This document shows positions 1 through 14,690 of a stretch of 64,000 bases of DNA, one piece after another. The first letter of the stretch is position 1; the number at the start of each line of letters is the position of its first letter. A model generated the notes under the pieces. That model ran no database searches and was not told where the DNA came from. It saw nothing but the letters and a program-made list of their open reading frames with translations. A program made the translations under genes and the position numbers. The stretch comes from Raillietiella orientalis (Eukaryota). The stretch lies in assembly GCA_036172245.1 (NCBI GenBank), contig JAYWIR010000007.1, positions 4,092,001 to 4,156,000 on the forward strand. Direction: 5' to 3'.

Positions 1-3000
1 ATGGAGGAGGAGGGGCTGCGGAAGGTCAGTCTTCCCGCCCGACGACAGCAGGATGACGGCGCTGATCGCGAGATGCGGTCGCCGCCTCCACGCTTGCCTC
101 CCGGCTCAAGATCCGGCTGCGCTCGCGGGAGTCCCCGGGGTCTATCGCTCCTCTGCCTGGGGGAGAAGGCGATCCAGGGAAATTTATGGCAGTGCGCCGG
201 CACCGGACGTGCGTCCCGCCTCCTCCCGTTCGCTCCCGGGCTATTGATCTTTCCCCTCTCCTCGGAGGATCCTCTCCTGCTACGGGGAGACGGAAGTTGG
301 AGGGAGGGGAGGGATGGAAGAGTCCCCTCTCTCCCCGCGAATCACGAGGCTGGGGCCTCTTCCCTGTTGATGGCGACCCTTGCACCGGGCTCCGAATCCC
401 CTTGGAAACGACCAGCTGCCTCCCCGTAGGAAAGCAAAGAAGAGGAAAGAGAAGGTGAAAAAAAACTCAACTCCTTCTCCGCAGGGAGGAGGAGGAGGAG
501 GAGACGAAGCCACTGGTGCCCTTCCGAGCCACTTGTGGCGCATCCACCCGCGTCGCCTCTCCGTTTCATCCGCGTGAGAGGCTCCTGAGAGGAAAGGGGG
601 AAGGGGAGGCAAGGAAGAGCGCTGCCGTAGGGCACAGGACCCAGGGAGTAAGGCGCTCGAGTGCGGGAGGCTCCCTCTGGTGTAGGAAGACTCAAAGCGC
701 CCTCGGGGCACGGGACCGCGTTGCGCGCGCGATCCGCTGCCCCCGCGCCCCTCTTCGCCGAGCAGAGAAGGCAGGAGCGCGCGTATCGGTTCGGCTGCTT
801 CCGGTTCCGATCCTGAGACTCCCCTCTCCCGATTCCGGCTTTGAGCTGGACGCGGTCCGACAATAGAAGTGGAGAGAGGGGAGAAAGAGACGCACCCTGG
901 ACGGTCGCATCGCGTCCGGAACTCCTGGGCGCACGTCCCCACTGCTGCCATCGCGCGCGAAGGCGTTCCATCGACGCGGTCTCAAAAGTTTTTCCTCCCA
1001 CCCCTTCTCTGCGAGCGAGTCTGCTGGAGACTCCCCTGGACGCCCGCAGGCAGGTGCGCTGCTACCTCAGCGATCCCAGGAGCTTCTCTGCTGGACTCTC
1101 CCTCCTTCCGGTTTCTGGAGGCGGCTGCTCGTCCCCATCCCGTATGTTCGGAAGGGGTCCAGCGCGCCCCGAAGACAGGAAGGGAATGATTGTTGCACCC
1201 ACCCACTCCCCTCTCCTCCTTTCTTCCTTCTAGAGGACGAGGCTGCTGCTGGGGGGAGGATCCGAAAGGAATTCTTCGGAGATGGGAGTGGGACATGCAT
1301 GAGGACCGACGACTCCTTCTCCAGAGGGAGCTTCCCGTCCCTCCCGACCCTGGACTCAGGAAGGCAATTGTGGCGGAGCCTGTGAAGGGCAACCAGAAGG
1401 CAATGGAGCTATTTTTAGTGCTTCGTCGGGGAGGGCAGGCCTGGACGCTGGTCCTAGTAGCCGGGCACAGTGTTCCGCACGCGGATGAACCCGCTGCCAA
1501 GGAAAGCGCGACCCCACAGAGCCAGGAGACACCAGTCTTCGGCGAGCGCTTCGCCCGTGGCGCGCGCCAGAAGGCTTCCGTCGGTGTGGTTCGGACCCCA
1601 CTGCGCCAGAGGAAGGTGAACACACATCCCGGAGGTGACGACCTCCTCAGGCACGACTGTGAGCTGAAAGTTGGTAGGGGGTGGTGACTTCCGGTGGAGG
1701 AAGTGACACTCCTTCTGCATGAAGCGCGTAGGGAGCTCTCCTTGGGTCCTGGAGGCCCCGCAGCGCCAGTCCGACCTCCGCGCCTCCTCTCCACCTCGAG
1801 GAACGGACGGCACCTCGGGCTTATGCAAGGCGACCAACGGGCCGGGACGCATCAGAGCGTTCCTGAAGGAGGACAGGGGAAAAGGGGGTGGGGAGGGGGG
1901 GTAGGAACAAACGGCTGGCCCACGGCGCATTCCACTGAGCTTTGGGTGCTCACCCAGAGCTGTCTCCGAGAGACACCATCTGTGAGGCGTTTGCCCTGTG
2001 GCAGAGGCAGGTAACAGGCGGAGGGAGTCAGGGCTTCCCGAGAGGGCGAAAGAGGAGAGGGACCCCGTGCCCAAGAACCAAGGTAAGCCCTGGACTAACG
2101 TGTCCGCGACCCCTAAGAACGGACCTCATGAGAGGCGACAGAGCCGAGGGAAGTGGTCATCCGATTAGACAGCCTGAGGGCAGTAGGGGAGACCGCATCG
2201 CAAGAGGAGGGGGGTGCGCGTCGGAGACCCTCCGTGAGCGAATCGCGAGGAGGGGGACAGCGCCGCCGAGATTCCAGCAGGCTGGCTCCCTGCCCAAGAA
2301 GGACGAAAAAGGGGGAGGAGAAAGGCAGAAGTGACGGATGCCGAACTTTATCCTTCAAGGGCAAACCTCCCCCCCTCCCCTCCTCCCCGTGGTTCTAAGG
2401 AAGTTCCGACCCTGGTACGAGACTCCTCCGGAGCCATCTCTCTCCCGGATGTCTTCCGGAAGGGACCCTCTGCTCTCGGTGTTGGCGAGCACGAAAGGAG
2501 GTCACGAGTCTGGTCACGAAGCGCCACCCGCCACAAAGGTCAGAGGTTACTATGCGCCGGCGACTCAACACCGCCCACACACGGGAACTCTTCGCTTAGG
2601 GTCGGCCTGGCAGCCTGCGCTGCGCCGTAAACTCTGCTCTCGCCAAGCGCTAGTGCTCGAGGTCGCCGCTGGCTGTCTCCCGGAGCGGCAGGGAGTGGTT
2701 CTGCCAGGAGGACGCGCAAGCGGACGAAAGGGAAAGGGGAGAGGTTGAGAGCGGAGGAGGAAGAGGAACGCATCCTCTCCCGGCTCAGGCGAAGCCCCGC
2801 TCCCGCAGGAAGGAGAAAACAGGCGTTTACCCACGAAGTCTCTTGGAAGGCAAAGCTGGAGCCCTGTGAAGAGCGACCCCGCGTGCGTCCGCGGCTGGTC
2901 GCCTGGTTTTGCCTCTACCAGGACACCCCACACATGCCAGGTCTCCCACACCGCCTCCTCCTCTTGCCCTCCCTGGACGTCGGGCGAACTCAGCAGTCCC

Positions 3001-6000
3001 AGCGGCGACGTCAGGGAAAACACGAACACGATGGAGCGTGCTCTCACGCGGAGGCGACTCCTCCACGACCTGACGGCGTGCGACGTCCGGATCACGGCTC
3101 GTGCACCCTCTCCCGTTCGCAGGTCAGCCTTCGTGACCCCGACCGACCCTGTCCCTTTCGTTGCCGCCTCCTGGAGGAAGGGGGATTCGTGAGCTTCGAG
3201 TCGGGGTACGTGGGGGCCGTGAGCGAGTTGAGGTCGCAGACGAGCGGGAATCCACGCGCGCCACGTGCGTGCGTGTCGGGTCGCTCATCGCCACCTCTGA
3301 GCCGGACGAGGAAAAGCGCTGGTGATCGCGGAGTCAGCCCACCCCACCAGACGGCGATGCCACAGCGAGGAGGGGAGGGGAACCCGCGACGCTGTTGCGC
3401 GCGCGCGCAAGAAACCAACGAAAATGAAAGGCGAAGAAAGGAGGGGGGAGGGATGTTGCGCACCGTTCTTACTCGGAGCGCTTCGCTGGCGCCAGAGCAG
3501 TCAATGAGCGACGGGCTTCGGGACGATAAAGCTCCCTGCCTGCCCGCTGGCGCCGAGCGCGCAGCGACGCTGGAAGTTTCGTGTGCATCTGCACGTGCAC
3601 CGTTCTGCACAAGGGAAGGGGGAGGGGATGGGTTTTCCCTCCACCGTCCTTTCCGGGTCCGGGATTTCCTGCTCGGATTCACAATACATCTGTGGATGCT
3701 GTCCATCAGCGAATCGAACCTCCTCCGCAGGGGATGGAGAAGGGGGAAGCGGGAGAGGATGGAATTGTCGGTCAGAACCGCCGGGACCTTTCCCGGTGGA
3801 GGGTCTCGACTAGAGGGGCTTCCTGGGACAGTCTCCTCCCTTCCCCTTCCTTCCCCCTTGCATCTCCCTCTCTTCCTGATGTCCCTGATCCCTGGAAAGG
3901 GAAGACCGGTGCCATCCCGAGAGCCACCTCTCGGACGCGAGCCGAACTGACCCGAGGGGCCGGCACCGCATGGGGCGCCGCCACGGGGACGCACGAAGAC
4001 GGCGTCTTCGGAGAAGGCACGTGCGAGAGAGGGCGTTTCCTCGAGCCAATGCTGGACAGCCACCATCACCTGAAGATTCTCCACGCCGCCCCCACCTTTT
4101 CGCGCTCCGCCATCTCGCGGCTTTGCTTGCCCCTCCTTCCCCCTTCCTAGACGCTCGAGCACGCCCGACAGTCCCCCCCCTGAGAGATGAATCCTCAGGT
4201 TCCAAGACTACCACCCAAATGATGCTTCGCCGGTGGCATTTCTGGCCACCAGAGTCGACGGCCCACTCGTTCCCCGTTCATGAGCCGCGTCCCCATGCAG
4301 CAGCAGCGGCGGTTCCCGAATAGCAGCCTGCAGAGCAGGTTTCCTTGCAGACGGTGCGCTGCGTGGAAGAGGTATCCTCCTCCTCACTTTCTCGCGGGTG
4401 CCTCTTCCGCGGTCCTGGAACCCGCGGGAAGATGGATGGGCCACTCCTGATGCTTCCGGCCGGAAGCGGCATAGGGATCACCCTCCCGCCCTCGAAGATC
4501 GCCATCTCGGAGAGATGTGGGTGGGAGAGGGGAGCCTCTTTGGATTTTCACGTTTCTCTCCGGGAAGTGCCAAAAGAGAGAGAGAGAAAAAAAACATGTG
4601 GGCGTTTTCTGGGCAGGAAAGGATATGCGCTATCCAGGTCAACGAAACGAACCCTCGCCTCCTCGGAGCTTCCCGTATTTCCGTGTTCCTTCGCGGGAGA
4701 CCTGCGAAGGACGCTGCCGTGGCCCGGGAAAGTATTGGCACCTCCGTCCCTTCCTCCCCAAGCGGCTCCCAGTGCTCAGATCGAACGAGCGGCCTCCTCT
4801 CGGGCTCCTACTCCCTCCATCCCTTTCCTCCCTTCCCATCCGGGCGGCAGCCCTACCGCTCCGCCTGACGACGACACCAACAACCCGTCCCCGCGCGAAG
4901 AACGAGGCTGACGTCCTGTCCTGTCCACCGCGGCTAGCCGACGCCCGTCGACGCGACGTGACCGATTGGTCAATCGCAATTACGGGTCACCTTCAGTCGA
5001 AGTGCGCACGGCCCGGCGTGCGCACATCGCGGCGACACCCCGCGTCCAACGGCCGAGCGCCTCAGGTGGGAGGCGCATGGACGCCGAGTACCCCGTGACG
5101 CGGAGGGGGGGACCTAGCACGGAGACCCTTCCGCATGTCTTTTCCGCGCCTTCCTTTCCCGCGGGATGCGTACATGGGAGCACTCGCACACCAGCCAGCA
5201 CGGAACCGGAGCGTGCGAGCGTTCCCTCCTAGCGAAAACACGGGAACCCGTGCGCGCGGATGCGTCAAAGAGGACACACCGACGAGGACGCGCCACGTCC
5301 TCGTGGACGCCTGCGTCGACCCACGCCTGCTTCTTCGAGAGGTGGTAATGCGTACCTGTTTCCTCGTGGCAACGGAGAAAGCCGGTGCGAACGTGAACGC
5401 AGGTTGGTGGCGCGCAGGAAAGCGAGCGAGCGGAAAAACCCAAAACAGCAGGCGTTCCGAATCTTCAGAGAGATTTCTCAAAGCGCTGGAAGCCGCTCAG
5501 AGGACGGGGAGGAGGGAGGGGACATCGACGGTTTCCAACGAGGGAGAGGAATTGTCCACTAATTTCAGCAATAGGAAAGAACGAATCCATCGAGGGTGAG
5601 CATCCTGAAAACAGGATTTCGAGGCTGCGACCGCGTGTCTTGCTCCGCGCTCCCACGGAAGACGCTTTGCTTGCAAAGGAAGGAAACTCCCAAGCTGTGG
5701 CTGCTTCACCCTTTCGGCCGTTAAGACAGGCGTCCGCGATGCACGCATCTCCCGGCAGATTGTCTGATGAACGAGCCGGCAAGAACGATAGGGAAAGGAA
5801 GAAAGCGGATTCTTGCGAGCTTTCTCCGTGCATCGTCAAACGTCCAGTGCGAAGACGTAGGGGGAAGAAGGGGGACAGAGAAGAAAGAAAATTTGTTTTT
5901 TTTCTTTCCTTTGTTTTTGTTTTCGTTTTTTTCGAAAGACCTGCAATACATTTTTCTTGCGGAGCACCGCTCCCGCGGAGTAGAAGGAGGAACAGACGCT

Positions 6001-9000
6001 CCATCCTGTCTCTTAAAACATCATCTCAAGAACCAGCTGCCTATTTTCGCCCGTCGTTGAAAACGATACGCCCAAGGTTCCGTGGAACGGAGAGCGAAGA
6101 AGAGCTCACGAAGGAGAACGGCTCTTCCAGACAAGAAAGCCACCTGAACCCTTTCGCCGGCCACCGAAATTACGCTATTTCCCAGAAAGGAAACAAAAAA
6201 AAAAAAAAAAGCAAAGAGAGAGAGAGAGGAAGAGTCCACGGGACCGCTGCTGCTTTGATTTCCGAAGCGGCGGAAAGTCCGCGACTCGGACGGATTTCTT
6301 TCCTTCTGCACACGGCAGCAGTTGTCGCGAGCTTCCACCCGCGGAGTAGTTCCTTCCTCGTCGTGTTGACCGAAGCGGGGGGACCATGGATCCGCGGAAG
6401 ATTCAATTAGCAAACGGGACGCATATTTGTGGATCAGTTCACGGAGAAGGTCAGAGATGCGATCTATCCCCGTGAGTGGGTTGAGCAAATCTTGCCCGGT
6501 GGCTAATTTTTTTTTTTTTTTTTTTTGCAAGTCGCCGGGAATTACAATGCCAACACCCGGGGACGGCAGCAATTTCCCCCCAGGATTAAACAGAGGGAAA
6601 GCAGGCGGAAAATTCCAATTAACCAAGCGGGACAAGTACTACAACAGGCGACGGTGTTGTTCAGCCCGAGATTTCGGAACCCTGAGGAATGGGCGGACGG
6701 ACATTTCGGGAGGGAAGAAGGCGAAACTCTCGCCGAATTTCAATCAGCAAGGAGCAGGTGAAAGAGGAGGGGGGGGGGGGGAATGTGTAGACGCGCGCGG
6801 GTTCCGTCCGAGGGTCTTCCCTGACCCGTGCTCCTTCGGCTGCCCTCGAGCCACCAGCAGTGCAGCTGGGCCGAGGGACGCGCGCGCGACCGCGGAGACC
6901 GACCCAGGGGCTCCTCCCCCTCCCGCCGGTGAAGATGGCTCCTCCGCGCTCCAAGCGCGCGCTCGATACCCTCTGGACGGAAAAAGCCTGCTCTCCGGTT
7001 TAGCCGGTGGTGCACATTCTCGCATCTCCGAAAGAGCTGTAGTCAGACGTACGCAAAATGACAAATGGTGCATCCCACGCAGCATTATTAACAGAGTGAT
7101 TTTTGACTGTGAGCTATGAGGCTGCATAACAGGTTGCGCTCCGTTCTGTGGGAGGCAGCGAAGCGCGCGGGAGGGAGGGCGGGCGGATGTTGCGGATTTC
7201 CGGCAGGCTTAGCAACGGAAATCCGTCATGCCAGCCGGTCTCCTTGGAGCGAACGGAAAATCCTCGGTGAATGAGAATGCTGCTGTGCAGGAGGAACCCA
7301 TGCCGTAAGCAATCGAATTACGGTTCCAGAATACAATGTGATAAGAGATGAGTTTTCAAACGAGACAGAAGCGCGGGGCAGATTGGCTGCTCGGAACATC
7401 TCGCACATCTTCCGAAGGCTGAAGAAGAAGTAGCCGCCAACAGCAAGAAATGCCCTGAATCGTCCTCGGGTTTGCGTGGCACGGTCACGAGAAAAGTGAA
7501 TCTGCTTGGGATTCTGATGAGTAGACTCGCGCCTCAATTTTTCCCTCCCTGTTTGTAATCATCATCTCACAGTTTTGCGCAATTTCTGTAGAAAAAAAAA
7601 AAATTGCGCACACACATCATCATCTCCCCCGCAGATCTATCCCAGACCACCGCGCAATTCTTGAATGAGTGCGCGTGTGCTGCATTCAGATTCCCGTGAC
7701 TGAAAAGGGGGAGAGGATACGGAAAAACAACATCAGGGAATCAAACTTGCGACACCACTTTGCCAACGTTTCGTCAGGTGTTCGTCGAGGTGTTCACGTG
7801 CGAACTTTGGATGGCAGCGAACCCGAAATTCCCGATTCACCAGGGATGCCTGCGTCGAGAGGAGGACGGAGGAGATTAGAGGCGGGCAAAACAGATGGAT
7901 GTTTTTGAGCAAGCACAGAAAGCGGTTGTCTTTGGAGCAAACGAGATTTTGTTTCTCCAGCCCTCTCCGCCGATTTAATTTGCTGCAATATTCCTGGGAT
8001 TAGCCATGTTTATACATTCAGCGGAAAAGAAGTGCTTCTCCGAGCGGAGTTGTGCGTCCTCCACGGGGAAGTTGCTCCAGCATCCGGAAACAACCCACGG
8101 AAAGCGGAGGTCCTGACCATCCTTAGCGATTGCACGGCCAGCGGAATCGAGTGCGAAAAAGTTTTCGGTTGCCACCGTAGGGCAGGCGTCTCCCTATGTG
8201 AGAGTTTTATCTTCCCTCTCACCCACCCACCCCCCGTCCCCTTCTTTCCTTTATTCTCCCTGAAGATGCACCCCTAATTGCAGGTCACTGCAGGGAGGGA
8301 GCTCCCGCACGTTTCCGTATCCATTGGCAACAATGGCTTCGCGAGCCTACGAGAGGTGCCGGAACTCCGCAGCAATCGGCAATCGATCGCGTAACTGATA
8401 ATTAGTGCCATTTTAACAGAGATATAATTTGTGCCGACAGTTTGTAGGAATAATTATTATTTATCTCTCCTCCCCAAGTGCTGTTCCCTATCCTAGTGAC
8501 TGAAGTTATAAAAAATCACAATAAAGAAAGTTCCTTGAGCTGAATTTATGGCTCCTATAAATATTCAAGCATTTTTCCTTCCCGTCAATGGCAAAGCAGC
8601 GAGAATTACTAAAAGGTAATAGAATAATGAAGAAAAATGGTCCAATCTCTCAGAAAGGTGTGACTTTGTTACATTAGCTCTAATACCGGTATACTTGGAT
8701 ATCATCAGTCGAGGTGTTCTGTCCAAAACTCCGGGAACATTCAATGGATGTGCAGTAAATCTTTCTAACGACAGGAGTTGCCCATGAACATCAACGTATC
8801 ATTCGCGAATCATACATGGGGAAAGGTTGAGGGAATCACGCGTAGAGCGAACTTTTTCTGGAGATCATCAAACATTAATGCAATTTTACGGAAGATCAGA
8901 TGAGCAAACGAAACGCATCCTCTGCAGGCTGTCTCATAGCAGCAGCAAGTGTCGTGGGTCTTGCTTTTGTCATGATAGCCTTTCCGCCTCGAAGAAAAAA

Positions 9001-9044
9001 AATGCCATGACCTCTCGCACGTACTAGCACGGACCGCGGTGTTA

Positions 9045-9047
<3 letters not shown>

Positions 9048-9085
<38 letters not shown>
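9048..9085 (+). repeat. Poly(A) tract, 38 nt
   Basis: Longest homopolymer noticed in the window. Confidence 0.9.
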
Positions 9086-9086
<1 letters not shown>

Positions 9087-9699
9087 GGGAAAAAAAGTGA
9101 GTCCAGACATAGCAACGTGAGTTCGATCCGTTGGGTGCGATACCGGCAGGACGGACTCATCTCATGAGTGTCCTCGCCACGGTGCTGCTATCGAATTGGC
9201 TCGGGGAATGCTCATCTCCGTGCTGCCAGCGTGCGTCTCGGCGGCCCCGAAGCCCCGCTCTTGAAAAAATGCTGGCCTCGACTTGCATCGGAGACCGAAG
9301 TGAGACAGCAAATTAAATACACGGTTGCATTTTCGGTAGACGCATCACGCTTTTGGAACCTAAAATTTTTCGAACACTTTTTTTTCCCTCTCCCCTCAAC
9401 TCCGATCTCCAGAGAGCTGGTCCGGAGAGAATTGCTGATGCTCAGGGATGTCGTTCAAACTTCTACCGACATCCCCGAGAATCCGTTGCGTGTTCCGAAA
9501 AATTCCCCTGGAACGTCCGCGGGCTCTGCATCCACCACTTCCTGTTACGGCTTTATCGGCTTCGCAATTCTGGTTCGTTTCATCTAGAACCCAAGTCTTC
9601 AGTTCGATTCGGATTATTCCTACTCTCCAAAGCACGTACCTTGGAAAGAGGTGAACTGGAGGAAATTTATGTGCATGATGCTTCCCGTCATCTTGTTTT

Positions 9700-10280
9700 G
9701 CACGTTCCTTCAACGTAGTGAGGCAACTGGCATCCTCTGCGAGACGAAGAGTGGAGCTTCCCGCAAGAGTTGCAGCAGAACAAGGCACGTGAAGTGGTTC
9801 TAGCTGGTGTTGGAAATTGTGGACTTGCCCTGGACGAGACAAGCGTTCCACCCTGGTTTGTCTGGTTTCCGGTGTATCAACAGGTGTTCATCAGTGAGAT
9901 CCTTGGACTTGAAATCCTTACTAAAGCTATTCATAAGCTGAACATGCAAAATGTGATGCCTTCCAGCATCACATTTTGGACAACCTAAAGTGTTTTTGGT
10001 GTCCATTCTGTTCTCTGCTTTATAAGTATAACCTAGAAGCAGTGCGTGCGGTAATTCCCTTGATGACGAAATCCCACAAGTCCAGTTCCTTTGGACTTGT
10101 GGGAATGCCCCGCCATCAAAGTTGTTGGACTTCGGGACGGAGTATTTCTTGTAGAGGGACACTGTTGCTCAAGCAAGACAAAGATCCAACCGTATTTCAG
10201 TCCGTTGCTTAACTTCTTCTCCACGTGCATGGATAGGAGTGCCATGACTGTCGAGGTTGCCATTACAATAAAACCGACAT
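9700..10280 (-). mobile_element. Decayed L1/Tx1-like LINE 3' fragment (zf-RVT region)
   Basis: Adjacent frames read WRGIPTSPKELDLWDFVIKGITARTASRL and GCPKCDAGRHHILH, resembling the W..P.K...W....T..RL...CPxC...H zinc-binding region. Frameshifted. Confidence 0.45.
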
Positions 10281-12669
10281 CTTAATAGCACACCGCAGCT
10301 TCAGGCTCTCCCTTCAGTCTCGCATTCGATGGGTTCACCTCCTGTGCTGGTGATCAGTGCTTCTTTCACGTGTTTATTTTCTAACAGTAGGATGCCCATT
10401 CTCATTACGCTAAATAGTAGGGAAAACCGTGAAAGCTTTTGGGTTGATGTACGGCCAAATGAGATCAAAACGAAACGAAGAATCAAAGGGAGATTAAAAG
10501 TTTACTGGCAGGAAAATGCCTGCCGCTTCAAGATAAAAAAAAATCATTCGTTAAGACCACAGGGAATGGACGTTGGAATGCAAATATCTTAGAAAGCTGA
10601 AAGCGTAATGAGATCTCTGTTTCAAATGCAAGAAGGAAAGACTTCTGCATCAAACATACGCTTTCGTCGCCATGTGCGTCACGAACATTTCTTTCTGTCT
10701 GGAGGACTCCTAGGAAATGCGATGCCGATCAGCTGAAGAGTGCAAAATTTATCTTTCCATAAGGCTTGTTCATCACTTTGAAAATGGTCCCTCCTTGGAA
10801 AATGATTAAGCTGTAAAGGAAACAGCCTCAGTCGTCCTCGAAAATGAACGTCTTTCTTCGAGACTTGTTATCCCCCGTGTTACGCGGAAGGGATGATTAT
10901 CACAAACGTTTCCGACTGCTTCCAAGTGCCTTCATTTTTGACTGATGGAGGCCGAACTTTGGAGAGAGGTTTCAACGACTTGAGGAATGCGTGGACCACG
11001 CGAGGCACTGAGATGGTCGAGAATCAACCTTCTTGCAGCGGCGTTGTGAGACCGCAGACGGCTCCGGGATCGCAGGCTGAGACCGCTCTCAGTTCGCCGA
11101 GAAAGTGGGCTCTCATCTACTCTGTGGCATCCGTATGAACGCTTACTCGTTCGCGAGAATCATAACTCGGACTTGAGAACCACGGAGAACAAATAATAAC
11201 GAAATTAGAGAAGCAGTGATTTATATGGAATGAGCGATATCGCCAGGGTCGGTAATTCATTAATGATGACCTTTAACATTCCGGGGGAGAACTGCTTCAG
11301 CAAACAGAGTTGTGTATTTGCCAAAGTCTGAACATGGAAATAGTTTGTGCTTGTTATACGGGCAATTTGTTTGATAACTGATGACGCAAACCAAGTTAAG
11401 GGAAGAGTGCGTTCTGTCCTCTAAGTGCTGCCATTTTTGCATGACATCAATGACGACGGCGGTTCCAGAGTTTCTCGCGTTTAATTACAAAAAAAAGGAA
11501 AGGCAATGAGGAAAGCAGGAAATAGGCAGATACATTACATACCATACTCGAGCAAGTCTCCAGCGGTGCCAAAAGAAAAAAAGGGGAAAGAAAAAAAAAA
11601 AAAAAAAAAAGGAGGTGTATCTTCCGCGAATCGCGCGCGCGTTTAGCAAATGGCAGCAGGCTGTTGCGGGTCCTGGGGAGGGGGCGGAGGGGAAGGGGAG
11701 GGGGGAGGGGGCAAAGTAACGAGCGGACGCATTTTCGCCGGGTTATAAAGAAGCACTGATTGTTGCTTGCTGACAAAATGATGACCACTCTCCGGAGGAA
11801 TTCCTCGACATCAAACGAAATGGCTTGGAAAAAAATTAAAAAAAATGAAATAACATAAAAGTAAAATCGAACCCATACATCGATAAATTAATTAACAGAC
11901 AACTCAAAGCTGGCGATAAATCATGGCAAAACCGCGAAGGCAGGGGTGCACTTGGCATTTGTTATTCGTAAACTCGGCATTCTATTTTCCAATTTAATGG
12001 AGCAAGGTAAAGTGGAAAGAATACTTTCGAAGTGAATAAAATTTGCATTTTTCCTAGATGGGTGCTAAATGGGGTATTCGCTTTTGAAAACTATGGATCG
12101 ATTTATAATAAACGCTTTCTACTCATCGAAGTTTCGTCGAAGCATTTTGTTTTTGTTTTTGTTTTTTGTGGTGTTTTTAAGAAAAAGAAGGAAAGAGGAA
12201 GGAAGGATAGAAAGGAAAGAGAAAAAAAAATAAGAATGGAAATTTGCATAATGGAGGTGTGCTTGTGTACCTACCTCCGCCTGAACAGACAACACGCACA
12301 CTTGATGTATACATGCCATGTGATGCGTGTAAAGCTGAATTAACACATTCGGGCAATCGTTCCATCAGTAGTGATGGCGAGCGAATGCAGCAAGGGTGTG
12401 AGCGTGGGAAGCCTGCTATTCGGCGTGCGGGTTCCGGTCGCCGCCTACGGACGTGTGCAGTGCTTGGTGAATTCTACGTGTGCGCACATACGTGCGTACA
12501 CGCAGGCACCTACTTGCAACACAACACATGCATAAGTGTTTACGTGAGATGCATAGCAGAGTGCGGTAATCTGCAAGCAAAAAGGGATCTGATGCGAGAA
12601 AACCGCAACGGACAGCAGGCAATGCAAACAGACAAGAAGTACCTGTGCGCACGCACAGCTGCGTACAGC

Positions 12670-14690
12670 TGCTCTTCTGCAGCTGCTGCGGGGACGGATA
12701 GGAGCGATGGGAAAGTGGAAGAAGAGGGAAGCAGGGAAAATGGTGGGTGAGGAGGAAGTAAGAAGGGTGCGCCCTCCATCCTGGCGGAGGCGCGGCTGGT
12801 TCGTGTGACGGCAGGAGCGCTCGGTAGCGCGCCCGCTGTCCCTACTTTCCTCCAACGACCAGCTCCCTTCTCCGGGACGCTTCCGCCGGAGTAGAGATGA
12901 CCTCCAGGGCAGTAGTTGGGAGCAGGGCGACTGGCCAAGCGCCAGTAGCGACAACCCAGAGTGGTGGTGGAAAAAATGGCAACCCTCCTGAGAACTCTGC
13001 GGAACAGGAGAGCGACTGGGAGGCTTTGGGGGATGCGGCTGAGCCCTTCCCTGAAAAGAGACACGTGCAGATGATGGGGATCGATCTTTCTCGTTCAGCA
13101 CACCCTCGGATTTGTAAGGATGCCTGGACCTCGGTTTCCCAGGTGACTTTCTCGGGCCCTGGCGGGGGATGCAGAGATTCCTTCCCTTCCCTGCCACCGG
13201 ATTCCAACCCAAAATTGCCAGGCTGCTGACGGGGGGTCGGGAAATGCTGGACTTCGCGCTTGCACCGAAGTTCCCCTGCCGTTTCCCTGTGACGCTGCGA
13301 AAGAGAGACTCTTGAAGGAAGAGAGTCCCATCAGGAATAGTGCCGCTCGGAAACTCCGGTTGGACCTTCGGGTCTTCTGGTCGCGCCTCCGGGTCCCTCG
13401 ATTCCCCCAGCCTCTGCTCTTCCTGTGAAAACAAACAGGAAGGGATCGTCATGTGCTGGGACTGATGCAAGAAACAAAAGGAAGGAGAGGGGGAGGGGAC
13501 GCGCTGGGCTAGGTAGAGGAAGGGGCCGGAGCGATTCAGGTCGGGGAGAGGAAATATCGGTCAGGTGCGAGGCCACACGTTCGTTCCCAGACGTGAGGGT
13601 GTTCCGCTTCCTCTCCCAAGCGCTCGCCCTAGAGGGACCGCTTGGCCTCTGGAACTGCCCAGGACAAGGACGCCCCGGAGAAGACGGCAGAAGGTCGCAC
13701 GCTCCGTAATCGGGGGGGAGGAGGGGAGGGGAGATCCAGGGAGAACGGGCGCACGCCCTCCTGGTCAGGAAAGCTTCGATCCGGAAAGAGAGGGCGCTGG
13801 CATCAAGAAGGGTTCCTGGACACGCAGGATCGACAGTCGTTGCCGCCTCTGCTGTCGTCGTCGCCGTTATCGTCACCGGCCGCAGCACCTTCTCTAAAGA
13901 CAGTTTTCTCAAGGTCGCCGCCGGACGGTCTGCAGGCCTACCCGCGCTGCTGCAGCTGCGGTGCGGATGGATGGAGGAAACGAGAGCGACGGGAAAGGAG
14001 AGGAAGTGGGAAGGAGGGACAGGAGTGGAGGGAAGAGATGATGCAAAAGCGCAGCTGGTTCTTGCAGTGGGGATAGATCTAGGAGGAGCGCCCACTCTCC
14101 CTCCGTCCTCCTCCGGTCAGTTCCCTTTTCCGGTCCGCCATCTCCAGAGTAGGAGTAACCTCCAGGGAGGTCGTTCGGACCGGGGCTACTGAAAACGAGC
14201 GAATCGTCATCCCATACACGAGCCCTGGTGCGATGCACCTGGACCTTGTGGACCTTAAGGGGCCCGCGACACATACCTCGCTGCGCCGCGCGCCTACGGG
14301 CTCTTCCAAGTCCCTCTTTTTCTCCACACAGGCGGGAGCGTGAGTCACTGGGAACAGTGAGGTGTCGCCGGCTTTCCTGCTCGCGTGCGGGGGTCCACTC
14401 GCATGGGAGACGGAGGGATGACCCTGGATCAGCGGTAGGAGCAGGAAGCGAGGAAATTGCCTTTCGGGAAAACGGGGGGGGAGAGAAGTGAGTCGGGAGA
14501 AGGAGGGAATGAGACTAAGGATTGAGTCTTGGAAAGAGGCCATCTTGGCTCGAGTTGAGACACTAGGAAGGAATGCAACCCTCCATCCTCCTACTCTTTC
14601 CTTCAGCGCATCCTCTTCTGGTTTCTGGGTATATTCCGAATGCGCCTTCCAGTCGCCCTCAGTCTGGACCACTCTACCCTCTACCTCTCT
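12670..14690 (-). repeat. Old diverged tandem duplication, period ~1.26 kb, probably containing coding exons
   Basis: 12790-12930 aligns with 14049-14190 (offset 1258-1259). The minus-strand peptides are PAPNYCPGGHLYSGGSVPEKGAGR and PGPNDLPGGYSYSGDGGPEKGTDR. Confidence 0.65.

Noticed and set aside
6400..8700. Homeodomain-site-rich stretch (TAAT, TTTATGG) as developmental enhancers
   Set aside because: Short AT-rich motifs are too common to support a call without conservation or chromatin data.
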